DNA of 37,094 nt, taken from assembly GCF_001194135.2 (NCBI RefSeq), contig NC_068988.1, forward strand, positions 95,569,373 through 95,606,466, in the 5' to 3' direction. Below the pieces are notes generated by a model. The model had not been told where the DNA came from. It searched no databases and worked only from the letters and a program-made list of their open reading frames with translations. The first letter of the stretch is position 1. Each line of letters opens with the position of its first letter. Below, one piece after another: positions 11,148-22,380 of this stretch. Made by a program: the position numbers and the translations under genes. The DNA comes from Octopus bimaculoides (Eukaryota).

Positions 11148-12154
11148 CCAACCAAACAACTAATATAAAAAAATCTCTAGAAAATTCTTCATTATAATTG
11201 ATACAGCAATATGTCAGTAAAATGATCTCTTGTTGTTATCGCATCTCTCACTTTACAAACCCTTCGATATTTCGTCTGAATATTTCATTTGAATTAGGAT
11301 TTTGTGTTGAGTTTGTCGGCTTTATTGGACACGAAAAGTAAAAGAGTTTAGGACACGCTATTGTTGGTCCGAGGGGAGAAAATGACCAGCGCGTGTCTTG
11401 TTCAGCACTTCATCACTATCGTCTAGCAGGAGATGGTTGAACTCCACAAGGATCTGCAATGCAAACACCTTCAACAACTCTAACATTTTCTTTAATTTGT
11501 ATATCTTGTTGATATGACACCAGCGAAAGAGAGAGAAAGCGAGAGAGAAAGACATACAGATATGCTGACTGAGACATAGACAAATCTATATATTTTATGC
11601 AAGCTGTTTCTTTTAACAACCTACTACAGGTTTTATTCATCCATCATGTCTGATGGCAGACAACACACCCCGTTACATGGCACACAGCTGCCCAACTGGT
11701 TAAGACAAACAGAATAAAAGCTTATTATACCTAACAGACAAGAATTGGGGGGTTTATTTCATTTATTTGCCTTTTTTGTTGTTATTTCGTTGGGAAATAA
11801 TTTCTAATCGTTGGTCAATACAAGAATATATCAGTGGAAAGTGCCATAGAATAAAAAAACAAACTCACAGCCAGATGGCGCTGGAGTTTGGTTTTCAATT
11901 AGCGCTCGACGCCATTTTAGTTCGTATGTTAATGATATTTAAATGGCATTGTAGAATAGAAATGCATGAACGCCACCTATTTCCTGTTTCTCTGGTAAAA
12001 AAAAGAAGGAAACTCACATGCAACAGAGGGGTTAGTGTATAAGTCGTGTCATCCCGAAGATCTCAGTTCTGGAACCAGTTTCGATTTCAGGTGAAAGCTA
12101 CTTTGCTTTGTTAAAACACTTAATGTGCTTTGAAAGGCGTGAAGGACTCCATAT

Positions 12155-12368
12155 TCGAGATGGAAGAATTGTTAGCAAAGCTACAAAAAAAATTCTTAGT
12201 GGCATTTTTTTTCCGCTCTTAAACGTCCTGAGTTCAAATCCCGCCGAGGTCGGCTTTGTTTTTTATCCTGTTGGGGTTGATAAAGTCAGTACTAATTGAG
12301 TACTGGGTCCATATGATTGACTTCACCCTCCCCTCAGGCTTGCTGGCCTTGTGCCAAAATTAGAAAGA
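12155..12368 (+). mobile_element. Old SINE family A (T2)
   Basis: GAGTTCAAATCCCGCCGAGGTCGGCTTTG and GCTGGCCTTGTGCCAAAATTAGAA. Confidence 0.85.
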
Positions 12369-12494
12369 ACCTCTATAATTAGTAGTAGTAAACACAAACA
12401 TGTATGATAATAAAACATAACATGTTTGTTAGCACTTCAAACGAAAAGGCAATGTTAAGCACAGAAGTTGAACCCTGTCAACAAAGAAGCCCAG

Positions 12495-12549
12495 GAATCG
12501 AAACCATGATCCCGTGAGTAACAGCCTAAACACTAGGCTACGCACCCCC

Positions 12550-12550
<1 letters not shown>
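12495..12550 (-). mobile_element. tRNA-like SINE head fragment
   Basis: Minus strand TAGCCTAGTGT (A-box-like) and GGTTTCGATTCC (B-box). Confidence 0.55.
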
Positions 12551-12592
<42 letters not shown>

Positions 12593-14329
12593 CGTGAGAT
12601 ATGTGTACATATGTCACAATATTTGTATGTTTGTATATATGTATGTAGGCTACACACTCTCGTGTGCGTGTGTCTGCGTGCGTGCATGTGTATGTGTACA
12701 TGTTTGAAAATATGTATATTTTATGTATGTATGTAGACACACTAACATCAACTGGTATATTTAAAATAAACAATAATGACAAATTAAGAAGAAAATGATG
12801 GCTAACCCTCTCTCTCCCTCTTTCTCTCTCTTCCTTATACACACACACACACCTACACATATTCCAGGCACTGAGTTTGCATTTGGTCTTTTTGTGAATT
12901 ATTGTTATTTTCTTTTGGTTTATTTGTAAGTGGGAGGAGAAGTGTGAGGGGACTAACTTTTCTATATTACTTATTTTTAATTGGCGGTGGAAGGTGACGA
13001 AGAATATTATTTTTTTTTTTAGTCTTACATCGAAACTGAATATTTTGTTTATTTTGCTATCTTTATATATATATATATATATATATATTTGAAGAAATTT
13101 ACATTGCTATCTTATTTATTTACTTATTGTTTGCTTTGTTTTTCATTTTCATGTCTTTTTTTATTTATTTTTTAAACTACTCTAATTCTTTAGCAAGAAA
13201 ATTTCAACTCTTCCGAGAAATTATAAATTTATTTTGAATCCGTGGCCTTAACTATAAAGAAATCTTTCGTTTTATTCTTCCTTGCGCATATAGATAAACA
13301 CTGACACAAACGTGTGTGTGTGTGTGTGTGTACACACGCACAGGAAGTGAAAAATGAGAAGAAGTGTAGTGTCGAAATTTTAAAATTATTGCAAAAAAAA
13401 AAAGAAACAAAATAACTCAAAGAAATAAGGAGAAAATATTGGCTAAAAATGATGTCTTGAATATATAAACACACACAAAAAAAAAAGTATTTCTAGAAAA
13501 GAACAACAACAACAAAAATAAGACAAACATGTCAAAATGAATATTTTAAAGAATGTTTCTAAAATTGATTATTATTCATGAGTCTGGTCGACATTATTTC
13601 TAATTCAATCTTTCAATAGAAAGAAAGAAAGAAAGAAAGAAAGAAAGGCGATGACGGTTAGGAGGATCATAATTATCATCATCATCATAATCATCTTCGT
13701 TATTGTGATAGTAGAGGGTGGGGATGGTTTTGGCGGTGGTAATGATGATGATGAGAGGCGACCACATTGGTGTTGATGAGAAAAGAAGATCAAATTTTAT
13801 CCTTTTTTTTTTTAACAGCAGCAGATTCCAAGATGAATTTTAGTAGAACGTGGTGGATAAGACTTCATCATAAATTTTCTGTCTTTTCCAAAGATTTATT
13901 GTACAATTCCGACCATTCTTCTTTTGAATTGACTACCATAATTCAGTATTGCAAGCTGGGACAACTGTCTACAGCAAACCGAAGAGAAAACATTCGAAAC
14001 AAAACAAAGCAAAAAAATGATAAAATATATTTTTAAAAAGACATTTAATGATTTGTTTATTGCCGCAAGGACAACGAATGTACGACATTACAAGGACAAA
14101 TTTACAAAAAATTGTAGGAGTTTTACATCAAATGGAGTAATAAGATATATAAACCAAATAAAATGCAAAATTAAATACCATGTATGTATTCCCTATAAGA
14201 GAATTGTCCCCTATGACCAATCAGGACACTTTACACATTCTAGGCCTCGGTCCTGTCATTTACAGTAGAAATTTTTAAACTTCTGCTTCAGAAGTTAGAT
14301 TCTTCAAGAAAGTGTTACCATGTACATGT

Positions 14330-14750
14330 AAAAGATGGGCTACAGCAAATATTCTGCTTAATACCACAGAATTGCTTGTCATTTGTTTGACTTTAAGCAG
14401 TTGAGCATGTCCCTTGGTGGCTGATGATATGTGCATCTCTGATCACGAGCAGAAGTAGTGGGGGAGCATCATAGCCATGTGTTGAGAAGAATTCTTTGGG
14501 GTTTGGATAATTCACCTTTGGAAACAAGAGTGTTTCGTTCAACATCCTTAAACAACCCTTATTCAAGGACCTTTTGAGTGGGATGGGCTACTCGACCTGA
14601 AGAAAATTCTGAGTCCCACCTGCAAGGTCATGCGCTGTTTATCTTGATATGAGATCACCATGTCACACACATATGGTTGTCATGCATGTGCCTGGTGTAC
14701 CCTTATCAGACGGGTAGTCATGGTGGGTATACTGGTCTTCGTGTATTTGT
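14330..14750. repeat. Interspersed repeat of unknown class
   Basis: Resembles a common octopus repeat from recollection only; single copy in window. Confidence 0.4.
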
Positions 14751-15751
14751 ATCTCAGTGTCACTTTGATCGCATGCACTGCTCTCTCACTCAATAATAAT
14801 AGTAATAACATTGATGATGATGATGATCTGGATGGACAGTCAGCATCAGCTTCTTTCGTATTTAGTCCTTCTGACTCGTTGCCCGACTTTCACTGTTGCG
14901 GCTGCTTACGTTGGCATTGTTAGTGTAGGAGGAGGAGGAGGAGTGGTGGTGGTAGTAGTAGTAGTTTTACACTTCGTGTCGTTTTGGTTCTGTATTTATT
15001 TTATGCTGATTCCTTGTGTTTTGTGAAGAGACAGTTCGAAAGAGGACAAAAATCAATAACGAAAAATGAAGAAAAAAAATCAATTGAAATAATCGATTAA
15101 TGAAATAATTATTTCGTTTCGTGGGGAGGAGGGACAATTGGACGAGTGTCTTCTAGGATCATCCCAATTCGGTCAATTTTGTCCAATTTTTTACTGAATT
15201 TAAAAAAATTTTCTTTATATATTTTATTTCTTTATTTTTCTATGGTTCACACCTCTCACTCGCACTATCTTAATATTCCGGCATAAATTTGTTATTTATT
15301 CTTGTAAGGAAATGGTGGAGGTTCTTTGGAGGTTTTCAAGAAGGGTGTCACTCTTTTTTTTATATCTAACCAATATCGAAGCAATAGTCAAAGGACAATT
15401 TAGCATTAATTAACTTACATCGCGTGTGTTGATTTTCTTAAATTAATTCTTCGTCTTTCTGTCTCTATCTTCATAATTCCCGCCTCTCTTTCCTTTCATC
15501 ACTTCTCTCTCCCTCTCTACCCTTTATTCTAACCTTTTTTTTTCATAGACTCACTTCTCTCTCCTCCTCACCCTGTCTCTCATCCTTTCTTTTTCTGTCT
15601 CATTGTCTTTAGCTAGGTATCTACTTTATTATCTCTCTCTCATCCTCTCTCTTTTTATCTCTCTCTCATCCTCTCTCTTTTTATCTCTCTCTCTCTCTCA
15701 CATCCTCTCTCTCTCTCACATCCTCTCTCTCTCTTTCTTTCTCTCTCTCTC

Positions 15752-15807
<56 letters not shown>

Positions 15808-15924
15808 AGTTATTTACTTTTGTCTCTGTCTTTGACCTGTATCTAGTTGATCCGATGCCCGGTGGTCTCCTTCCAAATCCTCAAGGAATCTTATTCGAAA
15901 TAAATTGATATCACTCGGGCGATT

Positions 15925-16050
15925 GGCCATGTCGTTGGAACTCCGGATGAAATACGTTGTGATATCTCTTCCGGCTCTCAACGCTTTGAGTTCAAATTCT
16001 GCCGAAATCCATTTTGCTTTTCACCTATTCTGGGTCGATAAACAAAGGAA
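15925..16050 (+). mobile_element. Degenerate SINE family A, truncated shortly before the family D insertion
   Basis: GAGTTCAAATTCTGCCGA..TTTTGCTTTTCA..GGGTCGATAAA. Confidence 0.65.
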
Positions 16051-16070
16051 CCAACGCTGGTATAATCCTC

Positions 16071-16444
16071 TTTGAGAGATGAGGAATTATTTACATTTGA
16101 CGGATATTTGTCCTCGTCTTGTTTGTTGTTAACACAACGTTTCGGCTGATATACCCTCCAGCCTTCATCAGGTGTCTTGGGGAAATTTCGAACTTAGGTT
16201 CTCATTCCTAAGGTATTTTTCGATATTATTATTCAGGTCACTGCCTGGAATCGAACTCGGAACTCGGGTATATGGCGTAGTGGTTAAGAGCGCGGGCTAC
16301 GAACCCCAAGATTCTGAGTTCGATTCTAGGCAGTGACCTGAATAATATGAAGATCGAAAAATATTTGATGGAGGCTGGAGGGTATATCAGCCGAAACGTT
16401 GTGTTAACAAACAAGATGAGGACAAATATCCGACAAATGTAAAT
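16071..16444 (+). mobile_element. Family D copy 1: inverted 3' arm (16071-16262) plus tRNA-headed hammerhead SINE (16266-16444)
   Basis: Left arm is the reverse complement of the element from B-box to 3' end; right arm has A-box 16273-16283, anticodon loop CT-ACG-AA, B-box 16318-16326, an about 45-bp deletion, and ends at TGTAAAT. Confidence 0.9.
16131..16176 (-). ncRNA. Type I minimal hammerhead ribozyme (Penelope-type, palindromic stem III)
   Basis: Minus strand GACAC-CUGAUGA-A-GGCUG(GAGGGUAUAU)CAGCC-GAAA-CG-UU-GUGUU: stem I GACAC/GUGUU, 5-bp stem II, core intact, GUU cleavage triplet. Confidence 0.8.
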
Positions 16445-16586
16445 GTATCTGTTTGTTCACGACTACATGGGCCCCTAAAACCATTCTGGAAAACACCGTA
16501 CATGCTCGCAAGTGACGGCTGTAATTTTATATCCGGGTAGAAATGAATCATTCATTTACCGCCATGGTATTAGATATCCGAGTGAA

Positions 16587-16815
16587 GGCGCGTGTCGTAA
16601 TGGTTAGAGCCTTCCGACTTACGACCAAACAATTGAGTTCGATTCCTAGCGGCGCATTCTGTCCGTGAACAATTCCCTGAAGTTACACACGTCTATCTTT
16701 AAAAAACAAGTAGAAGGCGGTATTGGACAAACGTAGTCCTACGTACACAAAGAGACAGGATGGTCATTCTGGAACGTCTTTAAGCATAGAATTGACTGCT
16801 ACTAAACCCCAACAC
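16587..16815 (+). mobile_element. tRNA-headed SINE joined to the family E tail
   Basis: GGCGCGTGTCGTAATGGTTAGAG head, GAGTTCGATTCC B-box, then GACAGGATGGTCATTCTGGAACG tail shared with family E. Confidence 0.65.
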
Positions 16816-17005
16816 CAGCGACCCGTTACCCTCTTTTTATTTATTCATTTATTTACTTATTTTGTTGTCAGCCAGCCACAGATTCAACCGTTTCTTTGCC
16901 CTTCGGCATCTTTACAAATTCCGCAACATTATAAATTAATCGCGTTGGCTATAGAAACTAAGTCAGTTTGTCCAGAATAGAAGAAAGCCGTGACCATTAT
17001 CTTGG

Positions 17006-17038
<33 letters not shown>

Positions 17039-17189
17039 GTCAGCCGTCGTCCTCATCGTCGAGTGAAATGGGTGGGGTGGGTTTTACTTTTCATTATTTC
17101 TTTTAGTGACTGGGATGAGAGGGATAGAGAGAGGGAGAATATTGCCTGGACGCCCCGAAGGTTAGTCCTTCCTCCTTCAGGGAATGAGA

Positions 17190-17665
17190 GGTGGTTCGTA
17201 GTGGAAGGAAGATATATGTATAGGGTGGTGGTAGTGGTGATGGAGATCTGGTGGTGGTGGTGGTAGTGGCGAGATTTAAAAAAAACCTGAAGGCAACTCA
17301 ATTATAATAAGATGATGGGGGGGTGATAAAATAGGGGATCCAGGTCCATGTCTGTGTCTTTCCCCTCCCCGTTAACACCACCACCACAGGTTCCACTAAC
17401 GCCACTCCCATCAACACCATCACACAACATTCACCACCACCTCCACCACCACCTACCGCACTACCCATTATTACCACTGACCACCACCACGAGCCATCAC
17501 AATTACCAGCGACAACAACACCACCACCACCTCCACCATCAACCCCACCACTACGTCCCCTACTACCACCACTAGCAACCACACCACTGTCACTACCACC
17601 TCCACCAACACCACCCTAACCATAATCACCACCCCATCCACCACCGCCACCATCACACTCACCTT
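17190..17665. repeat. (GGT)n/(CAC)n degenerate trinucleotide tract
   Basis: Direct reading; source of the poly-H/T/V ORFs. Confidence 0.9.
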
Positions 17666-17985
17666 TCTCTTCTTCCCTCCTTTCTTTCTGTGGGTACGAA
17701 ATTTTATGACCCCAGGGGCAACTGTAATGAACCTTGTGCTTTAGGGATCAGTAAGGAGGGGGTTGAGAAAGAAGCAGGTAGTGGTGAGAGGAGGAGGAGG
17801 AGGCTATTCATATAATTGTTCCCTCCCTCCTCACCCCTCCATCTGCTTCCCCCCCCCCCACTACACGGACAAATGCAGACAGAATTTACGACTGGGTATG
17901 TGTGTGTACGTTTGTATGTATTTGTGTGTTTCTGTGTCTGTACGTATGTCTGTGAATATGCATGTGTATTTGTCTGCGTGTTCTA

Positions 17986-18042
<57 letters not shown>

Positions 18043-18433
18043 TATCAATGTTTGTCTATATATATTTGTGAATGTATTATCGCTTGTGTGCGTGTACATG
18101 TCTGTCCGTGTCTGTCTGCGTGTGTATGTGTGCATGCGCGCGTATTTGCATGATTCTGTGTCTATATACCTGTGTGTGTGTGTGTTTGTGTGTGTGTGTG
18201 CATTTGTATGTATAAGTATTGTATAAGTATGTTTATGTGTATATGTTGGTCGATGTGCATTTGTACATTCGTACTTGTATGTAGTTCTGTGACTGTAGTT
18301 GTTAGTGTATGTATGGTATAGTCGTCTCTGCGTATATATGTATAGGGCGGTGGTGGTGGTGGTAGTGGCCAGGTTAATGTTCGGCTGTGTGCCTGCATCC
18401 ATGTGCGTTTGTGTAGATATCTCTATCAATGTT

Positions 18434-18645
18434 TTCAAATTTTTCCACAAGGGCAGCAATTTAGGAGGAGGGGATGAGTTGATTAGATCGACCCCAGTAC
18501 GTAACTGGTACTTAACTTATCATTCCCCGAAAGGATGAAAGGCAAAGTCGACCTCGGCAGAATTTGAACTCAGAACATGGTGGACGAGCGAAATATCGCT
18601 AAGAATTTCGCCCGACGTGCTAACGATTCTGCCAGCTCCGTTACC
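18434..18645 (-). mobile_element. SINE family A, full length, T2-like tail
   Basis: Reverse complement of family A head/body. Confidence 0.9.
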
Positions 18646-18676
18646 TAATATATGTTTTTATAAACGATACATGCAT

Positions 18677-18730
<54 letters not shown>

Positions 18731-19054
18731 ATGAATTGTATTTGTATGTTTGTGCTTTTATCTGTACCTGTGCCTCTAAGTATGTCTATGTACCTCTTTT
18801 ATGTGTCCCCCTATGTCTGACCCGTCTGTGTGTATGTGTGTGTGTATTCAAATGTAATAGAAATGGGAGATTCTCCACACCTTCCTGGGTTCCAAATTGA
18901 CAGTATACAGCGTGGGTCCTTGTGGCTTAGTGAGAAACCATTAAGGTCATTGGACAAAATCAGTAGAGCAACAAAGAAAATCATTAGACAATTGGTAGAA
19001 TAAGGTGGAGATGGAAATAGTCGAATGTCTACATGTGTGTACTTATATACAGAG

Positions 19055-19285
19055 GGCAGCGAGATGGCAGAAACGTTAGCACGCCGGGCCAAATGCTTAG
19101 CGATATTTCGTCTGCCGTTACGTTCTGCGTTCAAATTCCGCCGAGGTCAACTTTGCCTTTCATCCTTTCGGGGTCGATTAAATAAGTACCAGTTACGCAC
19201 TGGGGTTGATGTAATCGACTTAATCCCTTTATCTGTTCTTGTTTGTTCCAGTCTATGTTTAGCCCTTATTGGGCAATAAAGAAAT
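19055..19285 (+). mobile_element. SINE family A, full length, tail T1
   Basis: Complete head/body/tail. Confidence 0.95.
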
Positions 19286-19292
19286 ATATATA

Positions 19293-19522
19293 CAGAGTGT
19301 TCGGGCTAAATTTGGCAGTTTACATAACTTGAAAATAAAATAAAGTATCTTCTGTCTTGGGACGGTCATTATGTCGATAATAACAAATACACGCACTGGT
19401 TTAATATCACTTATGTATTGCTAGTCAATCGGTTAAATATCTAATCGATCATTTGTTTAATGTAATTCGTTAAACAATCAATCAATCTATGGATTGCACT
19501 GTAGAGTTTTTCCCTCACCCTG
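19293..19522. mobile_element. Possible Tc1/mariner-type MITE
   Basis: TA-flanked ends TA|CAGAGTG... and ...CACCCTG|TA with only weak further TIR similarity. Confidence 0.3.
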
Positions 19523-20500
19523 TATCATGCATTATAGATAAATCGTATCGTGTTGACATTTCCGAAAAACTTCTAAGAACATGCTTCACGAGTTCACAGT
19601 TAATTCCTCCAAGTCTCCAACAGTTTTCACCCTTAGGTGTTTTTTCCTGCTTTTATATTTCTTCTGTGCATCCGGTATTTCGTTAGGTTTCTTTTCTGTG
19701 GATGTATTGCAAAAGCTGTGTCTTGTAAGTGAAAGTTTAAGACATTGCATGTCTATTAATGTCACCCTGAACTTTTTCCATCAACGTAGATGTGCGTGAC
19801 CTTCTGCAGAGAATGAAAAGGCATTTTGTCTGCAGCTGTAGAATTGTACAACTTCTCCAGATGTGTATCTCTGATCATTAGTCAGGCTTTACTTTGCCAG
19901 AACTTCCATTCCATTCCAACTCTTGTGATGTTATCACTTCGTATTCTAACTTGATTTGTGGTTGCTTTTCAATATTTTTCGTAGTTAGTTTCTGCTTTCA
20001 ATGGAATGTGATGCTACATTCAAAGGTTGGATCGATGTAAAGCCTCTACTTCTTTGTTTCTGTATAAGGAAGAGAGAGTCAATCCATTTGGCGAGGAACT
20101 TTCTAATGGCCGTCAGTAGTTTTCAAGTTTCAATATCGATGATCCGGATATCCACCCTGAAGGCCAAGTGTTGCTATGAATTCTAATGTAGCAGACAGAT
20201 TGTGGGCTACTGATCTATTATGCGTAGAGAGCTTCGAGGAAAATGTTTTTCATCCAGGCGTAATATTTCTTCATAACGCATTATTTGCAACAAGTGCCAT
20301 CATTTCATCCATTGTTTGGTACCTGTTGCGTTTATCGTTTGAAACTAACCAAACAGACCATTGATAGCTGTGTAGCAGGCTGGTCGCTAGTTTTCTTTAA
20401 TTTTGTAATCACGTAGGAACATTTCTCTTAGTCAGACAACATTCTTGTATCTTTTGAAAGTGGTATAACCAGGTGATGGTTCTTTGTTATATTATTGGTA

Positions 20501-20770
20501 CAGTAATCCCTTGACTATCGCAGGTGTTACGTTGGCGGAATTTGAACACACACGTACATGTACCTGTCCACTTTTCAATACTACACAAAGCCCTGATGCA
20601 AACAAACATGCAATTAGACACAGACAAGAATATATATGCCTCAATATACAGTAATCCCTCGACTATCGCGGGTGTTACCGTTCCAAAACCACCCGCGATA
20701 GATGAAAATCCGTGAAGTAGAAACAGCACTGTACTGTATATTTTTTAATATTATTTTTATAATTTTTATA
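20501..20770 (+). mobile_element. Tigger/pogo-like left ends, two direct copies (20501 and 20649)
   Basis: TA|CAGTAATCCCT(C/T)GACTATCGC(G/A)GGTGTTAC twice; resembles pogo/Tigger TIRs; no right TIR seen. Confidence 0.65.
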
Positions 20771-20839
20771 TATTTATTTTATTATAAATGCAAACCAACA
20801 CCACAGAGAAATCGACGTAAGCTTATGTTCATATATATA

Positions 20840-21236
20840 GGCGCAGGAGTGGCTGAGTGGTAAGTAGCTTGCTTACCAGCCACATGGTTCCGGGTTCAGT
20901 CATACTGCGTGGCACCTTGGCCAAGTGTCTTCTACTATAGCCTCGGAGCGACCAAAGCCTTGTGGGTGGATTTGGTAGACGGAAACTGAAAGAAGACGAG
21001 CGTATATATATATATACATGTGTGTGTGTGTGTGTGTTTGTCCCCCCACCCCCACACCAACATCGCTTTACAACCGATGTTGGTGTGTTTACGTCCCCGT
21101 AACTTAGCGGTTCGGCAAAAGAAACCGATAGAATTAAGTACTAGACTTACAAAGAATAAGTCCGGGGGTCGTTTTGTTCAATTAAAGGCGATGCTGCAGC
21201 ATGGCCGCAGTCAAATGACAAACAAATAAAAGAATA
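20840..21236 (+). mobile_element. SINE family B (tRNA head + CORE-like domain + internal TA/TG repeat), full length
   Basis: A-box TGGCTGAGTGG, B-box GGTTCAGTC, CACCTTGG(G)CAAGTG resembling the CORE domain, tail GTCAAATGAC..AAAAGAATA; four homologous copies. Confidence 0.9.
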
Positions 21237-21857
21237 TATTTCTGCACGCGAGTGTGTATTTATTTGTGTGTGTGTGTGTGTACGTCATGTGTGTGTGTGT
21301 ACGTCATATGTGTGGAACCTGTCTCTCGTGCGTCTTAGGAGAGTTATCTTTACGTATGCAACTGTGGGTGCATTTAATTTCTGTGTGAGTATGTATGTGC
21401 GTAGAAACGTGCATGCAGTAACTCTGCGTGATATGAACATGTGTGTAGTATGTGTTAGATCGGTCTGTTATCCCAGGACGCGTAAACGCATTTTTCTATG
21501 TTGTTCTGTGTGTGTGTGTACATATGTATGTACGAATGTATATACATGTGTCTGTGTGTTGGAGAGAGAGAGAGAGAGAGAGAGATGGATTGTGACACTA
21601 ACTGGGAACGAGTTCAAACAAAGAGCAGTTGTTCTCTGTGTTCTACCGTTGTGTATTTCTCTCGGAACCGTCAATGCCAAACTGTTATTCTCTTTGTGAT
21701 GTCATCCACAGCCAAGTTGTTGTCACACGTCACAATACAAACGCTGACACCATTCCTCCATTTATCACATCCATCGCCAATGCAACTACCACTACCATCA
21801 CCACCACCAACACTGTCCCCATCAATGCTATCAGCCCTAACATCACCAGAGTCAATG

Positions 21858-22060
21858 GGAGAGCCGCTACGTGGTCGCTCAACTGGCTAGAAATAGTGAC
21901 CAAATCATCTTTAAACCACTCTTTGCCGTTTTAGTGGGAAGACACGATGGACAATGTACTTCTCGGTTCCTGCAAATAGGAACAAACAGGTTTGTCATGG
22001 TTGGATTGCCATCGATCTTAGGTCTGCCGGACCAGGGATGGCCAGAGTCTAAACCACAAT
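21858..22060 (+). mobile_element. Repeat family E
   Basis: TACGTGGTCGCTCAACTGGCTAGAAATAG...GGTCTGC..ACCAGGG...CTAAAC. Confidence 0.7.
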
Positions 22061-22186
22061 TCGCACTGCCATGCGTTACCATCACCGTCAACACAATCGC
22101 CACTCTTATCATGTTTACATCCACCAACGTGAACGAGTCTCGATCTGCTCGGCCGGTGACAAGAACAATAACAACGTAGTTCTGTA

Positions 22187-22347
22187 TTTGAGAGATGAGG
22201 AATTATTTACATTCTTTACATTTGACGGATATTTGTTCTCGTTTTGTTTGTTGTTAACACGGGCATATGGCGTAGTGGTTAAGAGCGCGGCTACTAACCC
22301 CAAGATTCCGAGTTCGATTCCAGGTAGTGACCTGAATAATAATAACA

Positions 22348-22380
<33 letters not shown>

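Noticed and set aside
16266-16338. tRNA-Arg(ACG) gene
   Set aside because: Acceptor stem poorly paired and embedded in a repeated SINE unit; same for 22261-22332 and the other tRNA-like heads
18861-19003. 47-codon plus-strand ORF MGDSPHLPGFQ...
   Set aside because: No recognisable domain or convincing splice signals
19530-20480. 1-kb unique block possibly from a decayed retrotransposon (minus strand ...PD...ELTV)
   Set aside because: Motif spacing wrong and many stops; cannot be assigned without a search
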